NCBI GenBank assembly: GCA_963713925.1
Contig: OY970212.1
Coordinates: 160,001-224,000 of the forward strand
Length of the DNA stretch: 64,000 bases
Direction of reading: 5' to 3'
Source of the DNA: an uncultured bacterium
Lineage (GTDB): Bacteria > Babelota > Babeliae > Babelales > Vermiphilaceae
Shown here piece by piece: positions 11,428 to 19,885 of this stretch. The notes under the pieces are model-generated. The model was given only the letters and a program-made list of their open reading frames with translations, was not told the DNA's origin and searched no databases. Each line of letters opens with the position of its first letter. Position 1 is the first letter of the stretch. A program made the position numbers and the translations under genes.

Positions 11428-12111
11428 CTATTTCTTATGTTTACGCACATATCGCACAATCCATTGTGTAACCATTGGAAGCAATGCGACGAAAGCGCAT
11501 AGAACTAATATCCCCATCATGCGCCACGAGACAATATCGTGCAGGCTTTCCATCGTGCGCAATTGCCCGCCCGCTAGGGTATAGACCAAAGTTAATGGTA
11601 ATGACCCAAGTAGGGTGGTCCAAAAAACAGTAAACAGCGAAATGTGTGAAAAGACTGCCAGTGCATTAATAAAACTCAATGGCACAATCCCCAAAAATTG
11701 GAGCATCAATAAATAACTCGCCCCATGTTTTTTTATTTTTTCTTCGTATTGACCATATTTCTGGCGCAACTGATCGTGCATATACCGAGTAAACAGAAAT
11801 TGAAAAACAAAATAACTAATGATCGAGGCGATAACGCATCCCAGTACGGTGTACACAAATCCAACCCATGGCCCGAACAAAAAGGCTCCCGTAACACCAA
11901 ACAAGGGCACGAGAGGCAAACCTATGATAAGCACAACCGTCATGACCGAGAGAAATATGAAGCTTGCAAGCGCATAATGGCGCGGCACTTGTTGTGATAA
12001 TGAAAGAATAGCCTGTTTTATCGGCTGAAATCCGGCAGAAGTTATATATCGTCCGACTAAGAAGAACAAGAGAATACCACATGCGATAAAAACGACCTGC
12101 TTTAATTTCAT
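11428..12111 (-). CDS. TVP38/TMEM64 (DedA/VTT) family membrane protein
   Basis: GAFLFGPWVG..TVLG pattern, several TMs; start moved to ATG 12111 because upstream codons overlap a terminator hairpin. Confidence 0.85.
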   Translation of the reverse strand: MKLKQVVFIACGILLFFLVGRYITSAGFQPIKQAILSLSQQVPRHYALASFIFLSVMTVVLIIGLPLVPLFGVTGAFLFGPWVGFVYTVLGCVIASIISYFVFQFLFTRYMHDQLRQKYGQYEEKIKKHGASYLLMLQFLGIVPLSFINALAVFSHISLFTVFWTTLLGSLPLTLVYTLAGGQLRTMESLHDIVSWRMMGILVLCAFVALLPMVTQWIVRYVRKHKK

Positions 12112-12156
12112 AACAATCCTATCATTGAGTAGTGCATAACCCGATACATTAATTAT

Positions 12157-12200
12157 AAAAAAAGAAGCACACATCTTGATAGATATGCGCTTCTTTAAAA
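12157..12200 (-). terminator. Probable intrinsic terminator after gene 12209-13063
   Basis: AAAGAAGCACACATC-TTGATA-GATATGCGCTTCTTT imperfect stem with A-run (U-run on minus strand). Confidence 0.55.
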
Positions 12201-12208
12201 ATAGTAGT

Positions 12209-13063
12209 TTATTCAGATTCTGAAGTCGAGAGATTAGACACTGATGATGATGGTGATAATGATTGCGATAAATCTTCTAGGTTGTTTGAATCATTGGAAT
12301 TGTGGCTCGTGCTTGATGGAAGCAAAGAACGAGTCGGGTTAAGAAAGCCGGCTGTTATCGCGGCATGAAGAGTTTGATGTATTACTCTTTCAAAACCTTT
12401 ATTTTGTTTAGAAAATTCTTCTTGCATAGTTGTTCTAACCGTGTTGGCAACCTCTAGCGTGAGCTCTTTTTTGAAAGTATCAAACTCTTGTTTCAAATAG
12501 TCCCTCGTTACTTGTTCATCTCTCATTTTGGTGATTTGATTCAAAACAAGGTCCTTCGCACTCGCCACTTGGTGCATAAAATTTGGCAACGTTTCTTCTG
12601 TCAATGTATTCACCTTTGTATCAACATCGACCAAAAGCCCATTCAAAACATTAGTTTTTTTATTTAATGTATTAGTATCGGTTTTTAATCCAGCAAGGGT
12701 TAGTGTTGTTTTTTGATTGAATTTCCAAAGATTGACATTAAGAGTTTCAACGCGACCTTGAGTTTTTTTCGCAATGCCTGTCAGCGTCGTCACCTCTTTA
12801 TGTACGTCTCCCAGCTCTCTTTTCACATCCGTTGTTGCATTGCTAAGGTTATCAATCTTACCCTCAACCACCCCAAGCTGTTCCTTAATCTCACCAAGCT
12901 CTCTCCATTGAATAAACTTTAATCTAATAAGCTCAGCACCGAGAATAATGGTTGGCGCGGCTGCTCCGGTGAAAATGAGCCATATTTTATCAGCGGCGTT
13001 TGTTTTTTCAACAAAGGATGCGCATGCAAGACTCAAGAAGACAAGTTTTTTTGTGATGTTCAT
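12209..13063 (-). CDS. Hypothetical exported coiled-coil protein
   Basis: Signal peptide, TM segment, heptad-like region, Ser-rich tail. Confidence 0.75.
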   Translation of the reverse strand: MNITKKLVFLSLACASFVEKTNAADKIWLIFTGAAAPTIILGAELIRLKFIQWRELGEIKEQLGVVEGKIDNLSNATTDVKRELGDVHKEVTTLTGIAKKTQGRVETLNVNLWKFNQKTTLTLAGLKTDTNTLNKKTNVLNGLLVDVDTKVNTLTEETLPNFMHQVASAKDLVLNQITKMRDEQVTRDYLKQEFDTFKKELTLEVANTVRTTMQEEFSKQNKGFERVIHQTLHAAITAGFLNPTRSLLPSSTSHNSNDSNNLEDLSQSLSPSSSVSNLSTSESE

Positions 13064-13254
13064 TCAATAAATCCTTGTGAATGTTTTTTGAAACATTGCA
13101 AAGTGTAAACTTTTTTTTATAACTTGTACATTGTCATACATATAGAAATAGCTGTGGATCAAAGATTTCAAGCGAAGCCTAAAATATCTTGTTTTTGGGT
13201 CCCCGCACGCAGTGTAGGGTATCAGCATGGGGTTTTAAAAAAGAGGAATAACTC

Positions 13255-13929
13255 ATGTGTTTTTCTGCCAATGTTAGTTTTGTAAGTGCCGGAATTCTGG
13301 CCCTCATCGGCATCACCTGCTTTGCTCTTTCAAAAACAAAGGGCGAGCGATTTGTGTCATCAATACCTCTGTTTTTCAGTATTCAGCAACTCATAGAAGG
13401 ATTTCTGTGGCTTACCTTGCCGGGAAATTCATCATTTGCTTCGTTGTTGACATACAAATATCTCTTTTTTGCACTGGTGTGGTGGCCGATTTGGATGCCG
13501 ATTTGCATTGCCGTGTATGAAACGAATTTTTGGAGAAAGGGAGCGATCGGTATATGCGCGATCTTAGGAATTTGCACCGGTATTTTTTATCTCAAACAAC
13601 TTTTTTTGTATGGCGCAACAGCAAGTATACATAACACACACATAGCCTATGACTTGGTGCAACCACTGAGTTTGCCGATGGGTATTATTCTCACACTGCT
13701 CTATTTTGTATGCGCGATCATTCCCTTTTTTATATCGAGTCGTCGATATATGTGGGCTTTGGGGGCGGCTATCTCAGCTTCATACGTCATCTCGTTTATT
13801 TTTTACTATGCGAACCTTGGTTCAATATGGTGCTTCTGTGCCGCCATTATAAGCGCACTGACATTGTGGATACTATGGCAAAATCAGAAAGAACATCGAA
13901 ACGAAATAGTGGACACGGATTATTTTTAA
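13255..13929 (+). CDS. Polytopic membrane protein (DUF6629-like)
   Basis: MCFSA start, IPLFFSIQQLIEG, SIWCF motifs; AGAGG RBS. Confidence 0.8.
   Translation: MCFSANVSFVSAGILALIGITCFALSKTKGERFVSSIPLFFSIQQLIEGFLWLTLPGNSSFASLLTYKYLFFALVWWPIWMPICIAVYETNFWRKGAIGICAILGICTGIFYLKQLFLYGATASIHNTHIAYDLVQPLSLPMGIILTLLYFVCAIIPFFISSRRYMWALGAAISASYVISFIFYYANLGSIWCFCAAIISALTLWILWQNQKEHRNEIVDTDYF
13865..13929 (+). repeat. 65-bp direct repeat, left copy (bounds toxin-immunity cassette)
   Basis: TGTGGATACTATGGC...GGATTATTTTTAA, one mismatch to 17786-17850. Confidence 0.95.
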
Positions 13930-13964
13930 GCATCAGATCTTCATGGTTACTACTGTATAAGTAG

Positions 13965-14309
13965 CTATGCTCGAGTTTTTTCATGGGATAATGAGTCTGC
14001 TAAGTCGATAGCCTCTTGAAGGTATTTTTTCATTTCTTCTAATGTTTTACATCTTTGTTTGTAAATTGGTTTTGTCCAATCTTCATTCCGAATAATCCTT
14101 ATCATAAAAGAACCATCCGGCTTAGTTGCGGGATAATAACCCACATCTACGCAAAGAGCTTCTCCAAACTCTATTTGAATTAGATCCTCTGTAAAGAAAA
14201 ACTTTTGATCATCAAAAGGAATCTCAGGAGCTATTTCAAAACTATCATATTCAAGTACGCCTGACTTTATATCGATAGCATACAAGTAATTGCTTTTAAA
14301 TTTTTTCAT
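13965..14309 (-). CDS. Putative immunity protein 5
   Basis: EDLIQ, VDVGYYP, DW, YLQEAIDLAD family motifs. Confidence 0.8.
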   Translation of the reverse strand: MKKFKSNYLYAIDIKSGVLEYDSFEIAPEIPFDDQKFFFTEDLIQIEFGEALCVDVGYYPATKPDGSFMIRIIRNEDWTKPIYKQRCKTLEEMKKYLQEAIDLADSLSHEKTRA

Positions 14310-14634
14310 GGGATAACGAATCGGCTAAATCGATAGCCTCTTGCAAGTATCTTTTCATTTCATCTATTGATTTACAACACTTGTCATATGAGGGCTTTTC
14401 CCAATCTTCATGTAAAATAACTTCTACCATGAAAAATCCGTTAGGCTTACTTGCCGGATAATAACCTACATCCACACAAAGAGTTTCTCCAAACCCTATT
14501 TGAATAAGATCTTCTGTGAAAAAAAGATTTTGATTTTTAAAGGGAGCGTTAGGATTTATTTCAAAATTATCATAATCGAGTGAGCCGGATCTCAATTGTA
14601 TATTTTTTAAGAAAGAGCTTTTAAATATTTTCAT
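14296..14634 (-). CDS. Putative immunity protein 4
   Basis: Same family motifs; stop overlaps start of next gene. Confidence 0.8.
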   Translation of the reverse strand: MKIFKSSFLKNIQLRSGSLDYDNFEINPNAPFKNQNLFFTEDLIQIGFGETLCVDVGYYPASKPNGFFMVEVILHEDWEKPSYDKCCKSIDEMKRYLQEAIDLADSLSHEKI

Positions 14635-14677
14635 AATCAGTCTTTTAAATGATACCGATATTCTTCATATTGATTCA

Positions 14678-15025
14678 TTACGATTGTGCACGTGGCATGC
14701 GATACATTTCATCGGCAAGATTGATTGCTTCTTGGAGATACTTTTTCATGTCTTCCAATGATTTACATTGCTTTTTATAAATTGGTTCATCCCAATTTTC
14801 ATCTAAAATAACTTCTATCGAAAAAAAGCCATCGGGTTCAAATTCAGGGTACCAGCCGACATCCACAATAATTGATTTCCCAAAATTCATTTGAATAATG
14901 TCTTCTTTATATGATAATTCTTGTTTTTCAAATGATACTAATGGATCTATATCAAAATCATCAAACGTCAACTTTCCACTTTTAACTGTAATGTTTTTTA
15001 GATATGGGCTTTTAAATTTTTTCAT
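14678..15025 (-). CDS. Putative immunity protein 3
   Basis: EDIIQ, VDVGWYP, NW, YLQEAINLAD. Confidence 0.8.
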   Translation of the reverse strand: MKKFKSPYLKNITVKSGKLTFDDFDIDPLVSFEKQELSYKEDIIQMNFGKSIIVDVGWYPEFEPDGFFSIEVILDENWDEPIYKKQCKSLEDMKKYLQEAINLADEMYRMPRAQS

Positions 15026-15341
15026 GGGATAACGAATCGGCTAAATCGATAGCCTCTTGCAGGTATAGTTTCATTTCGTTGATCGATTTACAACGCTTAT
15101 CATATAAGGGCTTTTCCCAATTGCTTTCATGGATAACAAAAATCCTAAATGCGCCCTTGGTATCTATTGAAGGATACCACCCAACATCAATGGTGTAATT
15201 TTTGGGATAGTTAATCTGTATTAAATCTTCTTGTAACAATAGTTTTTGACTTTTAAGTGGAATATTTGGATCGATTTCGAAGCTGTCAAAAATGCGATTA
15301 AACCTCTTAAGTTTAATTTCGCTCAAATATGGACTATTCAT
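15012..15341 (-). CDS. Putative immunity protein 2
   Basis: EDLIQ, IDVGWYP, NW, YLQEAIDLAD. Confidence 0.8.
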   Translation of the reverse strand: MNSPYLSEIKLKRFNRIFDSFEIDPNIPLKSQKLLLQEDLIQINYPKNYTIDVGWYPSIDTKGAFRIFVIHESNWEKPLYDKRCKSINEMKLYLQEAIDLADSLSHEKI

Positions 15342-15697
15342 TATGATTGTGCGTGGGGCGTTCGATACATTTCATCGGCAACATCGATTGCTTCTTGAAA
15401 ATATTTTTTCATTGTTTTTACATCTTTACAATATTTTTTGTAAATAGGATTTTGCCAATCATAGTTGATAGCGACCATTATTTGAAATTGACCATCTTTC
15501 TCAAACTCCGGATTCCATCCAACATCAACTGTAATGGGTTTTCCATCCTTAAAACTTATTAAATAAATAATATCGGAAGCAAGTAAAGATTCTTGTTCTT
15601 CAAGTGATAGATCCGGATCGATTTGAAAATCGTCGATGATCAAACTACTTGATTTGATATCGATATCTGAAAGATAATCACTCTTAAAATATTTCAT
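15341..15697 (-). CDS. Putative cognate immunity protein 1
   Basis: Starts 5 nt after toxin stop; VDVGWNP, DW, YFQEAIDVAD. Confidence 0.8.
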   Translation of the reverse strand: MKYFKSDYLSDIDIKSSSLIIDDFQIDPDLSLEEQESLLASDIIYLISFKDGKPITVDVGWNPEFEKDGQFQIMVAINYDWQNPIYKKYCKDVKTMKKYFQEAIDVADEMYRTPHAQS

Positions 15698-15702
15698 CTA
15701 TT

Positions 15703-17691
15703 TTATATCCTTATACCACTTTCTTTTAAAAGATTTTTGTATTCTTGATAAGGTATTGGATGTCCATGTATAGTGTTTGTGGTCATTTCTATTCTACTGT
15801 ACTGTGTTTCAATACCATTTTTGGCGCCAATGATTTTACCCCAATCCATAACCTTCCATCTGCCATCTTTTACCGAGATTCCTTGTTCCCAGCCTAACCG
15901 TTCAAGTTGTTCTATATTTACTCCCGGCTTATATCTTGCATTTCCATGACGGGTGCTTTCTACAATCTCTTTCCAACTGAGCCTAGGCTGAGGACGATGT
16001 TTTGGATAATCTTGTGCCCATTCAACTTTTGATGCCCCATTTTTTGATTGATCGATACGACTTGATTGATCGGTTTTTGTCTGGCGCAAGTTATTACTCG
16101 TGCTGTCATCAATCATTTTAAAAATTTGTCCATCGGGAGTGGTGGCAACAAATTCGCGTTGACGATTTTTGTAAAACTTACGCAGTTTTTGAGCAGCTTT
16201 CTTTGCGCCTTTGATCAGTTTCCTGGCACTTTTCATCAAAGTGTAATCGGCACTCAATTCACCGCCAACACGGCCGAAGTCTCGCAGCGAATGCTCTAAC
16301 TTGTATGTTCCGTCATGGATGCCTTTAAACCGATCGGTAATGCCTTTGAACTTTTCACTCAGTTCGGCTTCTGCCGCTTCTTTGCCTTCAAAGCAATACA
16401 GGCCGAGCGTTTCGCCTATTTCAACGCCGAGTTGAAATGCGCTGTAACATAAGAATGCTTCTTTTACTCCCGGGACAAACACTCCAGCAGTGATCACTCC
16501 GGCAACCATGAGACCTTGGACAATAGTTTCCGGAATTCTGCTTTGCACCCCGTCAACATAGCCTCCCCATGTGGCGGTCGAATAATCCATTAATGCAGCA
16601 CAAAAGTTGTTTACTTTGGATGCTTTTGTGCAATAGCCTTGCGCATTAAGAGCTCTGCCTGAATCAATCGTTTGTACGAGCTCCGTTATATTCTCACGCA
16701 TCCAAATACTTTTAAATGGATGACTACTTTGCTCAAGAAGCCGGATTGAATCAAGATGGATCTCTTTCTGAATTTCATTTCCATACAAAGTATTCCAATC
16801 GCTCGGATTGAGATTATGTTCTTTGATATAATCATTCAGCTCTTGCGCATTAAATTCATGCACGGCAAAAACATCCCGTGAAAGAGTGATAAGATCTTTT
16901 TTGTATCGATCTGGAACTTCGCTTGGATCAACTACCTTTTCGATCCAACAACGCATGTTTTTGTTGTAATCTTGAAACTCAGGGAAATCTTTTCTGAAGT
17001 GTTCATGAATGATGAGGTATTTTTCTTCTTTTGCGGAAGTTGCTTCCGGTTTTTGTTCCCGAACCGGTTTTGAGTCATTTGAGGCTTGTTGATTCGAAAT
17101 AGCTTGTTCTTGAGCCGCTTTTGACTCATTAGGCGTTTGATAATCAGGGAGAGGTCCATGGGCCCGAGGCTCTTTGGATAGTAAAAGAATTCGTCGCGCT
17201 TCAGCTTTCTTTTGAGCAACCCATTCTTCTTGCGGTACTTTCCTAGAGTCATTACTATTTATTCTCCAACGAGATTGTGGTATTTCAGCTTCCTTCAGAA
17301 CTTGTTCATAAGCACGGTATTCTTCTTTCGTGAGTGTAAATTTTTGATCGTTATCGTATACGATATATACAACATCAATACCATCGGATTCGATCTGATT
17401 GGGAGACTTGTTTTCTTGAGAATTGTCATATCCAAGAAGTTTTTTTATTCCTTTATAAGTCAAATAACCAGCACCTATAGTTGCAACAACGATACTTATG
17501 ATCGGAATTTCCGATATTCTATCAAAAAACTTGTTTTGATTCTTTTGTCTATCATTATTTCCGTTTTGACTATTCCTGTTGCCTTGATCCAAAAGATTGG
17601 GGCCGTTGTTGTTCGGGTCATACGGATCATAATAAGATGAAATATTTTGTATTGAGAAGATCGATAGGATGATAAAAAGAAGTGTGCGCAT
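15703..17691 (-). CDS. Secreted polymorphic toxin with putative C-terminal nuclease-type toxin domain
   Basis: AGAGGAG RBS before ATG 17691; signal peptide; hydrophobic segments; ATTPDG then basic C-terminal domain KH..W..I..ST..G.A.Y...IGA..G...R.E....IHGHPI; followed by small acidic paralogues. Confidence 0.8.
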   Translation of the reverse strand: MRTLLFIILSIFSIQNISSYYDPYDPNNNGPNLLDQGNRNSQNGNNDRQKNQNKFFDRISEIPIISIVVATIGAGYLTYKGIKKLLGYDNSQENKSPNQIESDGIDVVYIVYDNDQKFTLTKEEYRAYEQVLKEAEIPQSRWRINSNDSRKVPQEEWVAQKKAEARRILLLSKEPRAHGPLPDYQTPNESKAAQEQAISNQQASNDSKPVREQKPEATSAKEEKYLIIHEHFRKDFPEFQDYNKNMRCWIEKVVDPSEVPDRYKKDLITLSRDVFAVHEFNAQELNDYIKEHNLNPSDWNTLYGNEIQKEIHLDSIRLLEQSSHPFKSIWMRENITELVQTIDSGRALNAQGYCTKASKVNNFCAALMDYSTATWGGYVDGVQSRIPETIVQGLMVAGVITAGVFVPGVKEAFLCYSAFQLGVEIGETLGLYCFEGKEAAEAELSEKFKGITDRFKGIHDGTYKLEHSLRDFGRVGGELSADYTLMKSARKLIKGAKKAAQKLRKFYKNRQREFVATTPDGQIFKMIDDSTSNNLRQTKTDQSSRIDQSKNGASKVEWAQDYPKHRPQPRLSWKEIVESTRHGNARYKPGVNIEQLERLGWEQGISVKDGRWKVMDWGKIIGAKNGIETQYSRIEMTTNTIHGHPIPYQEYKNLLKESGIRI

Positions 17692-17785
17692 GGTTACTAC
17701 TCCTCTGATGTATTGTTTGCGATTCATGCATCACAATAGCACAAAAGAGAATGGATGGAAATCTGTAAACCGGACTGCTTGACAG

Positions 17786-17850
17786 TGTGGATACTATGGC
17801 AAAATCAGAAAGAGCATCGAAACGAAATAGTGGACACGGATTATTTTTAA
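17786..17850 (+). repeat. 65-bp direct repeat, right copy (contains uvrB stop codon)
   Basis: Matches 13865-13929 with one mismatch. Confidence 0.95.
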
Positions 17851-19814
17851 CCGACAATCTTTTTCAGCTGCATCCATTCATCGCGCAATGCGATTGCTTT
17901 TTCAAAATCAAGTTCTTGAGCGGCAACTTTCATAAGCTCTTCAAGCTCAATCATGCGCGCTTTTGCTTGCTCGGGAGATGATGCGAGTTGTTTCTTTTTG
18001 GAGCGCTTTTGTTCAGATGCCTGTGCGATTGCTTTTTGAATGTCAGTGATGGTTTTTGAGACTTCGCGACGAACCGTTTTTGGAATAATGTTATGCTCTT
18101 GGTTATATGCCTGTTGCAATGCTCTGCGTCGTTCTGTTTCATCCATCGCGCCACGCATTGATTGCGTGATCGTGTCGCAATAGAGGATTACTTTCGATTC
18201 AGTGTTACGCGCCGCTCGCCCGATAATCTGTATTAATGATCGTTTGTCGCGCAAGAAGCTTTCAATATCTGCATCCATGATGGCAACCAGCGCAACTTCA
18301 GGAAGATCAAGCCCTTCACGCAGTAAGTTAACTCCAACCAAACAATCAAAAATGCCAAGACGAAGCTTTTGAATAAGCTCAGTCCGTTGTGGCGTTTTGA
18401 GCTCGGAATGTAAGTAACAGACTTTAATTTTTCGTTCTTCTAAATAATGGGCCAACTCTTCGGCCAATTGTTTGGTCAAAACGGTCACTAATGTACGGAA
18501 GCCTTTATCAGTTGTTTTTTCAATTTCGGTAACCAAATGATCGAGCTGCCCTAAACGGGGGTGCATTTCAACCACCGGATCAAGCAATCCGGTCGGACGA
18601 ATTAATTGCTCAACAATCTGATCAGAGTGTTTTAATTCATAATCACTGGGAGTTGCAGAAACAAAGATCACATCTTTAAAATATTTTTCTATTTCTTCAA
18701 ATTTAAGCGGTCTATTATCAGCAGCTGAAGGAAGGCGGAAGCCAAACTCAATCAATGATGTTTTGCGCGCCTTATCTCCCGCATACATGCCGCGCAATTG
18801 CGGAAGCGCAATGTGAGATTCATCAATAATAAGCAAGAAATCTTTAGGGAAGAAATCAAACAAGCATGCCGGTTGTTCTCCCGCTGCACGTCCATCAAAA
18901 TGGGCTGAATAGTTTTCAATACCCGAACAGTATCCAACCTCTTGCAACATTTCAAGATCATGTGCAACACGTTTTTCAATGCGCTCGCGATAAATAGGGT
19001 TTTGCAGCTTCGGCGCCCATTGTTCAAGCTCCATTTTGATCGTTTTCATGGCCGCTTCTTGTTTGTCTTTGGTTGTTACAAAGTGCTTGGCCGGATAAAT
19101 AACGGTGTCTTGAATATCTTGAATAACATAGTTGTTCATTTTATCAACTAATTGCATCGATTCTAAGGTGTCTCCAAAGAGCTCAAAGCGTAATTTTTCT
19201 TTGATATAGGGCAATATGATCTCGATGGTGTTGCCCATGACGGTGAATGTCCCTGCTTTTTTTTCGGCATCATTGCGTTCATATTGAATAAAAATGAGGC
19301 GACGTAAGATATCATTGCGATCAATCGTCATGCCGACGGTCAGTGGAATGGCTAATTTACGCAACTCTTCTGGGTCACCAAGTGAATAGATGCATGAAAC
19401 AGAAGAAATGATAATAGTGTCCGGTCGATTAAAGAGTGACGCCGTTGCTTCAACACGTAACCGCTCAATTTCACTATTTACCTTGGTTTCTTTGGGGATA
19501 TAAATATCTTGTGCCGGGAGGTAAGATTCTGGTTGATAATAATCATAATAGCTGACGAAATACCCAACCTTATTTTCAGGGAAGAATTGACTAAACTCTT
19601 CATATAATTGGGCGGCAAGCGTCTTGTTGGGCGATAGAATCAAAACAGGCTTGTTTTGATTGGCTATCACGTTGGCCAAGGTAAAGGTCTTACCCGAGCC
19701 AGTCACACCAACTAGCGTCGAAACACCGGGTCTGCCTTTGACCAATTGCTTGATCGCTTCAGGCTGACTACCGGCCGGTTTATAAGGTGAATGAAGTTTA
19801 AAAATATTTTTCAT
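17847..19814 (-). CDS. uvrB: Excinuclease ABC subunit B
   Basis: GVTGSGKT, FVSYYDYYQPE, IIDESH, NLLREGLDLPEV, GRAAR, C-terminal UVR domain. Confidence 0.98.
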   Translation of the reverse strand: MKNIFKLHSPYKPAGSQPEAIKQLVKGRPGVSTLVGVTGSGKTFTLANVIANQNKPVLILSPNKTLAAQLYEEFSQFFPENKVGYFVSYYDYYQPESYLPAQDIYIPKETKVNSEIERLRVEATASLFNRPDTIIISSVSCIYSLGDPEELRKLAIPLTVGMTIDRNDILRRLIFIQYERNDAEKKAGTFTVMGNTIEIILPYIKEKLRFELFGDTLESMQLVDKMNNYVIQDIQDTVIYPAKHFVTTKDKQEAAMKTIKMELEQWAPKLQNPIYRERIEKRVAHDLEMLQEVGYCSGIENYSAHFDGRAAGEQPACLFDFFPKDFLLIIDESHIALPQLRGMYAGDKARKTSLIEFGFRLPSAADNRPLKFEEIEKYFKDVIFVSATPSDYELKHSDQIVEQLIRPTGLLDPVVEMHPRLGQLDHLVTEIEKTTDKGFRTLVTVLTKQLAEELAHYLEERKIKVCYLHSELKTPQRTELIQKLRLGIFDCLVGVNLLREGLDLPEVALVAIMDADIESFLRDKRSLIQIIGRAARNTESKVILYCDTITQSMRGAMDETERRRALQQAYNQEHNIIPKTVRREVSKTITDIQKAIAQASEQKRSKKKQLASSPEQAKARMIELEELMKVAAQELDFEKAIALRDEWMQLKKIVG

Positions 19815-19885
19815 ATAGAAATTTTACCACAACTCATATTTTTGTAAAATGAACTAAAATTACAGGCATACTTCAGGGGAATTGG

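Noticed and set aside
13965..15697. Repeats in the array as CRISPR or integron attC sites
   Set aside because: Repeats are protein-coding junctions about 330-720 bp apart; no cas or intI gene and no attC-like palindromes
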